From contig JAEDNI010000001.1 in the NCBI GenBank assembly GCA_016302585.1, positions 17,412-81,411 on the forward strand: a stretch of 64,000 nt of DNA. Direction: 5' to 3'. Below, piece by piece: positions 58,406-64,000 of the stretch (its first letter is position 1; each line of letters begins with the position of its first letter). The notes under the pieces were generated by a model, which saw only the letters and a program-made list of their open reading frames with translations, did no database searches and had not been told where the DNA came from. Source of the DNA: Paludibacteraceae bacterium (GTDB taxonomy: Bacteria > Bacteroidota > Bacteroidia > Bacteroidales > Paludibacteraceae). Made by a program: the position numbers and the translations under genes.

Positions 58406-60194
58406 CGATTTTATTTGCTCTTTCTATAACGAGCTCGCTAATGCGTTCGAAACTATCCTCCAAGCGTTGCAACATATTAAATTTCGTCCGACGTTTCTCG
58501 TCCTGCATCAGCAGGTTAAACTTAAACTGACCATCGCGGAATCCGTCCTTCAGACACGCTGCCTTGAAGCGCGCATAGGCGTTCGAAAGCAAGATATGGG
58601 TCTCCGGTTCATGTAAGCGATAGGACTGCCGTTTACTCTCATACTCGAGGTTGATATGTTGCAGTTTCTCGTCCACCACTTTCGTAAACGCCTCGGCCTG
58701 TTCCTGACGAATCTTCTCGTTCTCAAACTCGTAGTAGAAGTGGTATTTCGACTCCTCCACATCCGCAAAGCCCACGAAGAACTTCGTCTTGATGCCCGTC
58801 TCCTCTTCCGCCTGATGCACAGCGTTCATGAACTGCAGTTCATACAGTTTCTCGCCTGTCATGGAGACAATACCATTCACTTTCGACACCATATGAACCG
58901 TAGGCGTATTCTTGTACCTTCCGCCCACCTCCACCAGGTCATTCATGTTATAGCGGTACAGACCCGAATAGGTCGTCACATACGCGCAGTAGCGTTTGCC
59001 CAACTCCAATTCATCGATCTGAAGGAAGTGTTTACGGGGACTGTCTAACTCGCTCTCCTCAACAAACTCATAGTAATGGAACTGCGGGAAGAGCACACTC
59101 TCATTCGTATCATCCAGCGAGAAGCCGAAACGGCACTCCGTCGCAATATATCCCAACTCCTGATAGAAGGTCTTATCCCAGTCAAACTGGTCCATGTACT
59201 TATCCATGTAGATCTTCGTGTTACCGCATTTCCACGTACTGAGGTATTGCAACCAAGGCCAGAAATCCTTCGGATACATATGTCCCGTCTCCTCGAGAAT
59301 CTTACGCAACTCTGCGGCACGTTCCGGTTTGGGTGAGATATACTGGTCTAACTCCGCACGAATCTCAAACGGAATATCGAAGTTCTCGCTGATACCGCCT
59401 GTCTCGATATCATGAAGCATCTCCTCAAGGTTCTCATTCATCACGCGCAGCAACTCCAATATCGTCGAGGGGTTGGCTGTGGCCCATAGCGTCACATCTC
59501 GATGCTGAAGCGCCAAACGCATCAAGGTATAGTTACGTGCACCATAATCCGGAATGGACATCACGGCCGCTGGACCCGTATAATGCTTCTTGATAATAGA
59601 CGGAATATCGCGAACCAACACACCACTCACCGAGCCATACAAGGTACCGTCAGGAGCATAACCTTCGCATTCCTTGCCTACCGTCGTGAAGATATGACCG
59701 CCAAAGATGCGGCTGCGGTGCTTAACAAAGTTCCACGTCCAGATATGACTCATCTTGCCGTACACATCCTTCAGGTACTTATGGGTCATCGGAATCCATT
59801 TCGGTTCACTCGTCGTACCCGATGTGGTAGCATACATATCCGGTTTACCCGGAAACAGCACATTCTCTTCGCCGTTCTTATGACGCTCCACATACGGACG
59901 CAAGGTCTCAAAACTATTGTTTACCGGCACATACAAGCGATACAGACGGAACAAATCCTCCGCCGTCGTAGCACTTAAGATACGATCAAAATGGTGCTCC
60001 TTGCCATACACGGTATCACGCGAAATAGTCAGAATGTCACGCAGCGTCTTCTCCGCCGTGTGACGCGGCTTACGGCTCCAGAAGCGCAAACGGACAGTCT
60101 GAGAACCGCCTACCAACCAAAGCATGAAATTAATTAACCAGGGATAAGGTAAGGCTCTGCCTTCCTGGTCAACATAGGGTTTTATCTTTGCCAT
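58350..60194 (-). CDS. GH3 (auxin-responsive promoter) family adenylating enzyme homologue
   Basis: About 614 aa. ATTSGTTSEPKWIP is an AMP-forming motif typical of the GH3 family. Basic C-terminal tail. I prefer the start at MAKIKPYV (60194) over 60233. Confidence 0.7.
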   Translation of the reverse strand: MAKIKPYVDQEGRALPYPWLINFMLWLVGGSQTVRLRFWSRKPRHTAEKTLRDILTISRDTVYGKEHHFDRILSATTAEDLFRLYRLYVPVNNSFETLRPYVERHKNGEENVLFPGKPDMYATTSGTTSEPKWIPMTHKYLKDVYGKMSHIWTWNFVKHRSRIFGGHIFTTVGKECEGYAPDGTLYGSVSGVLVRDIPSIIKKHYTGPAAVMSIPDYGARNYTLMRLALQHRDVTLWATANPSTILELLRVMNENLEEMLHDIETGGISENFDIPFEIRAELDQYISPKPERAAELRKILEETGHMYPKDFWPWLQYLSTWKCGNTKIYMDKYMDQFDWDKTFYQELGYIATECRFGFSLDDTNESVLFPQFHYYEFVEESELDSPRKHFLQIDELELGKRYCAYVTTYSGLYRYNMNDLVEVGGRYKNTPTVHMVSKVNGIVSMTGEKLYELQFMNAVHQAEEETGIKTKFFVGFADVEESKYHFYYEFENEKIRQEQAEAFTKVVDEKLQHINLEYESKRQSYRLHEPETHILLSNAYARFKAACLKDGFRDGQFKFNLLMQDEKRRTKFNMLQRLEDSFERISELVIERANKIDDRQKARAKRRQERRSRS

Positions 60195-60202
60195 ACGTCT
60201 TG

Positions 60203-60904
60203 TTATTTCTCTATTGTATAAGCGTAGTTGCATACGCGGATGAACGCCTCATACCCGCCGCGCACCTTGCGATACATACGCGTGATACGCCAGGCGTTCT
60301 GCGCATAAGGAACGACCGATCCGTATTTAGTCACCGCTTCCCAGTTAATCTCCGACTCCACATTCGATTCTGTCTCGTAATTACGCATCAGCAACTCGTC
60401 GTTATAATACATCTCGATGGAACTGATATGTACTGCGGATACATTGTCATATGCATACGTGCTCTTTACGGTATAGCCGAAGAACTGTTTCTTAGAAGCT
60501 ATCACATCCACCGATGCATTCTCCACATGCGCCTCTGTCACATCGTCGTTCTGCATGGAGGTAGAAGTAAGCAACGCCTTACACTCCACATCACATTGAC
60601 CCAACAAGTTGATGCGCGCCATGGCATTCGCTTGCGCTTCAGCTTCTTCTAAAGACGGACAAACCGACGAAATGCCTTCGCCGATAATATATTTATGCGA
60701 TAGCTCCCCCTCCGCATCGTATTGCACGTTCATCGTCTGCTCTATCTGCTCCGCCATAGGTTGAGCATCGGGAAAAGCACGCCAACCCTCACGGGACAAA
60801 CGCATGGCTTCCTTACGAACCGCCCTACTCACCGCCTGAACTTGAACCGACACGCCCAACAGGCATACCATCGCTATTCCAATTATAAGTCTATTTGTCT
60901 TCAT
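60203..60904 (-). CDS. Secreted hypothetical protein (233 aa)
   Basis: Signal peptide MKTNRLIIGIAMVCLLGVSVQVQA. I recognise no family. It is preceded by a repeat-filled leader. Confidence 0.55.
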   Translation of the reverse strand: MKTNRLIIGIAMVCLLGVSVQVQAVSRAVRKEAMRLSREGWRAFPDAQPMAEQIEQTMNVQYDAEGELSHKYIIGEGISSVCPSLEEAEAQANAMARINLLGQCDVECKALLTSTSMQNDDVTEAHVENASVDVIASKKQFFGYTVKSTYAYDNVSAVHISSIEMYYNDELLMRNYETESNVESEINWEAVTKYGSVVPYAQNAWRITRMYRKVRGGYEAFIRVCNYAYTIEK

Positions 60905-60996
60905 ATTTAAAGTCTATTTGTCTTCCAATTAAAAGTCTATTTGTCTTCCAATTAAAAGTCTATTTGTCTTCCAATTAAAAGTCTATTTGTTTTCAT
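60885..60996 (-). repeat. 23-bp tandem array, about 5 copies; copy 1 contains the gene's start codon
   Basis: + strand units begin at 60885, 60908, 60931, 60954 and 60977, reading (a/t)aAAGTCTATTTGT(c/t)TTC(cat/cca)ATT. Confidence 0.95.
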
Positions 60997-61108
60997 AGGC
61001 TCAAAAATTCGTTTGCTTACATAGGCTCAAAATTCGTTTGTTTGCATAGGCTCAAAATTCGTTTGCTTGCATAGGCTCAAAATTCGTTTGTTTGCATAGG
61101 CCCATACC
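60994..61108 (-). repeat. 25/26-bp tandem array, 4.5 copies
   Basis: CATAGGCTCAAAA(A)TTCGTTTG(c/t)TT(a/g), with units at 60994, 61020, 61045 and 61070 plus a partial at 61095. Confidence 0.95.
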
Positions 61109-61130
61109 TACGCAAATTACAATTTGCGTG

Positions 61131-61162
61131 CAAAGGTACTAAAAAAAAATGAAATACACAAG
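61131..61162 (-). promoter_or_regulatory. Promoter (-33 TTG / -7 TACCTTTG) upstream of the repeat leader
   Basis: The minus strand reads CTTGtgtatttcatttttttttagTACCTTTGcacgcaaatt. Confidence 0.65.
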
Positions 61163-61208
61163 AATTTATCCTTAAAAAAAATTCAACTTGCAATCCCCGT
61201 TGGACAAA

Positions 61209-61263
61209 TAGTAGGTGATTAGTAGGTGATTAGTAGGTGATTAGTAGGTGATTAGTAGGTTAT
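61209..61263. repeat. 11-bp tandem array x5
   Basis: TAGTAGGTGAT x4 plus TAGTAGGTTAT, located 47-100 bp upstream of the -33 element. Confidence 0.95.
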
Positions 61264-61315
61264 AATCGGTATCAAAGGCAAACCATCTTATTACGTCCAT
61301 ATTCCGTATATACAC

Positions 61316-61346
61316 AAAAAACAGCCACCGAAGTGACTGTTTTTTA
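61316..61346 (-). terminator. Intrinsic terminator of the lipoprotein gene
   Basis: aaaaaACAGCCACcgaaGTGACTGTttttt, with one mismatch. It has a T-run on both strands. Confidence 0.7.
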
Positions 61347-61366
61347 TCAAATCCGCTATTCTGGAA

Positions 61367-62251
61367 TTACTTCAAGGAAGCACGCTTTTTTGCAGATTCC
61401 TTTAAAGCTGCTTTCTTAACAACACGCTTCGGAGCAAAAGCAGCAGCTTCGCCACCTTCTTCTGCAATAGTAGCAGTAGCATTGAAAGTGTACTCAACAC
61501 CATTATCACCAACTACAGAACCACTGAAAGCATACTCAGTACCCTCTTTATTGAGTGCACCATCCAAGTTCATTTTCTCAAGAGTTGTCCAATCATCATC
61601 ACCTTCTCCCCATTCTACGTAGTTATAAACATATTTACCATCGCTGTAGAAAGCTTCCTCGGTGAATGTACCACTTGCTTGCTCAGCGTAGAAGCAGAGT
61701 TTAAGTGCATAACCATCTTGTGCTTCAGCCGAGATACCCATGAGACCATAATCCTTCATAAGAGAGAGATCTACCGTAGCAGAAGTAATGTTCAAAGCAA
61801 CAGTTTCTTCAATTTCCAACTTCGGAGTGGTGAATTCCTTGATACCTACTTCACCAATAACTGTGTAAGTGGAATCCAGATAGATAGCAACAACAGCTAA
61901 TTCAGTCTCGGAAGGAAGTTCTGAGAAAGAATAATTAACCTCACCTTGACTCATAACATAAGCAGCAACCACATCCCAATCATAAGAACCACATTCCTGT
62001 TTCAAGTCCTCTGCTATATAATAGCCCAGAGAATCACCTGCTTCCTTAATACTCTCTGCGTAATATACAGTCCAGTAATAATAAGCAGCGGTGTCAGTCG
62101 GAGTAACAGTAATATCAGCACTTGTTGCTGTGATGTTCTCAACGAGAATAGCGAACTTACCGTCCTTTCCAGGAGTCGGGTTGTTTCCGTTGCAAGATGC
62201 AAAGCTGAACGCTACCAGCGCTACAGCCAGAATCGAAAAAATCTTTTTCAT
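61367..62251 (-). CDS. Surface lipoprotein, hypothetical, with a Lys-rich C-terminal tail
   Basis: Lipobox VAFSFASCNGN. Acidic body and tail KRVVKKAALKESAKKRASLK. It is AT-richer than its neighbours and A/T-ending codons dominate. Confidence 0.6.
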   Translation of the reverse strand: MKKIFSILAVALVAFSFASCNGNNPTPGKDGKFAILVENITATSADITVTPTDTAAYYYWTVYYAESIKEAGDSLGYYIAEDLKQECGSYDWDVVAAYVMSQGEVNYSFSELPSETELAVVAIYLDSTYTVIGEVGIKEFTTPKLEIEETVALNITSATVDLSLMKDYGLMGISAEAQDGYALKLCFYAEQASGTFTEEAFYSDGKYVYNYVEWGEGDDDWTTLEKMNLDGALNKEGTEYAFSGSVVGDNGVEYTFNATATIAEEGGEAAAFAPKRVVKKAALKESAKKRASLK

Positions 62252-62336
62252 AAAAAAACGTTTTTTTAGTTAATAAATAGAAATTGATTTATTGATTATA
62301 TGTTCAATTTCTCAAATTGCTTGTGCAAAAGCGCTG

Positions 62337-62368
62337 CAAAATTACAAAATAATCATAATTTTTGCAAG
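62337..62368 (-). promoter_or_regulatory. Promoter (-33 TTG / -7 TAATTTTG) for the lipoprotein gene
   Basis: The minus strand reads CTTGcaaaaattatgattattttgTAATTTTGcag. Confidence 0.6.
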
Positions 62369-62446
62369 AAAATGCAAAAAAAATGTACAAATACATGAAT
62401 TTTGCCAAGTCTACTTTACAAAATCCGTTCTTTATGCCCAAAATGA

Positions 62447-62478
62447 TTTGTGTATTTGAGAAAAAAGCAGTAACTTTG
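62447..62478 (+). promoter_or_regulatory. Promoter (-33 TTTG / -7 TAACTTTG) for the gene at 62487, with a near-leaderless geometry
   Basis: TTTGtgtatttgagaaaaaagcagTAACTTTGtcgccgaaATG. Confidence 0.6.
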
Positions 62479-62486
62479 TCGCCGAA

Positions 62487-63779
62487 ATGAAAAGAATCGG
62501 TTTGTTCCTTTTTTCAATACTCCTCTGTGCGCAGGCTTGGAGTATTCCTGAGTATAAGTTAGCCTACCGCCTTGGCGGCTCGGCAGAGATGATGATGCCT
62601 GACGGAAAAGTAGATGTCTGGATTCAACGCCCCGTGCTCGGCGGACAATTCGCCGTAGAGTTTCTCTCTACCGGACGATGGAAAAGCCTCAAACAGTGGA
62701 ACAATGCCTCGATCGGCGTGGGTGTGAGTTACCTCAACTTAGGAAACGATGCGCAATTAGGTTCTGCCATCGCTGCGTATGGTTATATGAACCATCCTTT
62801 CTATAACGGCACCCATTTCCGCATCGGTTTGCGTCCTACGATCGGTGTCGCAGCTGTCACCAAAACCTATCGAAACACCCTACCCGACGGCTATCGACCT
62901 TATTATCAGGGAGACGGAGGATTCAAGAAATCAAATCAGTCCATCGGTTCCATCCTAAACGCCTATCTGGCTATGGAGCTATACATGGATTTTCCAATCA
63001 AAGACGGCTTTGAGATAACCCTTTCCGGAGGATGGCATCATATCAGCAACGGCAGTTTCATGCACCCCAATTCCGGTTATAACATGTTTGGCGGCGAATT
63101 AGGTCTCCGTTACATTCCGGGTAATACCCAAATAGCCAATGAACCCAAATCCGCCAAGGAATTGCATGAAGACGTAGATAAACCATGGGCAGTAGAGATC
63201 AGCGCTACAGGCGGAGCGAAGCAGAACTACTATGCCGACAACCAAAACGGCCAGCGCTTCTATGGCGTCGCTTCCCTCAAAGCCGCAGCCTACTGGGTTC
63301 CCTTCAGCGTCTTCCGTATAGGTGCAGGTGTCGATGCTTTCTATGACGGTTATTACGGAGCTGTCAACGATGAGTTCGCAGCTGCAAATCCCGGCGCTCC
63401 GATCACCTATTTCGGCAAGACCTATCTCGCGCAGCGCGATATAAAGAATTGTTTCCGCGTAGGTATAAGCCTTCAACCGGAATTTATCATCGGCAAGTTA
63501 ACTGCCGGCATCCATGTCGGCTTCTATGTCTTCGACCCGATCAAGAACTTGGAGCCCTATGAGCAAGCCAAAGACGCAGCGGACGCAGGTACATCCCTTA
63601 ACCGCGGCGTCTTCTATGCGTACGACTTCTCCAAAGCCAGCAATTATCAGGACGGCTGGTGTTACATGCAATTCGTGCTCAAGTATCACGTACTTGACCA
63701 CCTCTTCGTGCAATTAGGACTGAAAACACACGGCGTTCGTGCCGAATTTATCGACGCCGGTTTAGGAGTTGCCTTTTAG
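62487..63779 (+). CDS. Outer-membrane acyloxyacyl hydrolase / PagL-like lipid A deacylase family protein
   Basis: Signal peptide, beta-barrel-like composition, and GGWHHISNGSF (the HxSNG motif of lipid A deacylases). 430 aa. Confidence 0.5.
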   Translation: MKRIGLFLFSILLCAQAWSIPEYKLAYRLGGSAEMMMPDGKVDVWIQRPVLGGQFAVEFLSTGRWKSLKQWNNASIGVGVSYLNLGNDAQLGSAIAAYGYMNHPFYNGTHFRIGLRPTIGVAAVTKTYRNTLPDGYRPYYQGDGGFKKSNQSIGSILNAYLAMELYMDFPIKDGFEITLSGGWHHISNGSFMHPNSGYNMFGGELGLRYIPGNTQIANEPKSAKELHEDVDKPWAVEISATGGAKQNYYADNQNGQRFYGVASLKAAAYWVPFSVFRIGAGVDAFYDGYYGAVNDEFAAANPGAPITYFGKTYLAQRDIKNCFRVGISLQPEFIIGKLTAGIHVGFYVFDPIKNLEPYEQAKDAADAGTSLNRGVFYAYDFSKASNYQDGWCYMQFVLKYHVLDHLFVQLGLKTHGVRAEFIDAGLGVAF

Positions 63780-64000
63780 CAACTGATCTTCGATCAGATA
63801 GATAAACTCTACCGGCACGCCGCAATCCACCAATTGGCGCCGATCGGGTCGGAAGAGATTAAAGAAGTCTTTTACATTCCCGCATAACTGTCGGGCCTGA
63901 CGATAGTTCTCAAAAGCCATCATTCGGTCGCCTTTCAGCAGCAGACAGTGGCCGTAATTGATATAATCCATCGGTTTGGTCGAACCCTTGCGCAGCAGTT
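63762..64000 (-). CDS. C-terminal part of a helical-repeat (TPR-like) protein, truncated by the window edge
   Basis: The minus frame is open to base 64000. ...YINYGHCLLLKGDRMMAFENYRQARQL resembles a TPR unit. Confidence 0.35.
   Translation of the reverse strand, partial: LLRKGSTKPMDYINYGHCLLLKGDRMMAFENYRQARQLCGNVKDFFNLFRPDRRQLVDCGVPVEFIYLIEDQLLKGNS

Noticed and set aside
60195-60233. Upstream ATG at 60233 as the GH3 start
   Set aside because: It would overlap the preceding gene by 31 nt and add MQLRLYNREITRR. The ATG at 60194 leaves an 8-nt gap. Either remains possible.
60885-61263. Tandem arrays considered as a CRISPR locus
   Set aside because: The units are directly abutting, with no unique spacers between them. 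The units are 11-25 bp with no palindromic CRISPR-repeat character, and there are no cas genes in the window.
1-64000. Mobile element, prophage or defence island
   Set aside because: I recognised no integrase, transposase, phage structural, restriction-modification, toxin-antitoxin or cas-like ORFs. Gene content is core metabolism and envelope, with tight operon packing.

Overview
This 64-kb window looks like a chromosomal segment of a Bacteroidota (Bacteroidales-like) genome at roughly 48-50% GC. The lineage call rests on repeated TAnnTTTG -7 promoter boxes with TTG -33 elements, many lipobox signal peptides, and Omp28-like, LptC and DUF4296-type genes. I see about 56 protein-coding genes, tightly packed and often overlapping, and most are housekeeping. 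They include dnaE, folC, prmA, dnaX, holA, murG, argS, metK, lspA, prfB, coaX, coaD, fabG and lptC, an RND plus MATE efflux block, two GH13 amylases, and proteases. I found no rRNA, tRNA, CRISPR array, transposase or integrase. Gene names come from motif recognition only, because no database search was possible. Six things are not explained by ordinary annotation. (1) Short tandem arrays recur across the window. Heptamer arrays of 4-7 units, mostly with an (A/G)ATT core, lie inside loop-coding parts of genes or bridge stop and start codons at gene junctions. There are also 11-, 16-, 23- and 25-bp arrays. (2) The start-codon region of one secreted-protein gene (60203..60904) is tandemly duplicated about 9 times, which creates a ladder of mini-uORFs in a leader of about 220 nt. 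(3) A 1.5-kb gene-poor stretch lies upstream of an orphan murG. It holds a pseudogene remnant and a 16-bp x7.5 array. (4) A 5-alpha-reductase / flavin reductase / SDR operon resembles gut-bacterial allo-bile-acid clusters. (5) A GH3-HAD-acyltransferase-EamA operon has no known product. (6) The metK leader has a pseudoknot/terminator architecture (riboswitch candidate), and a recurrent C-terminal tail motif appears on secreted proteins.
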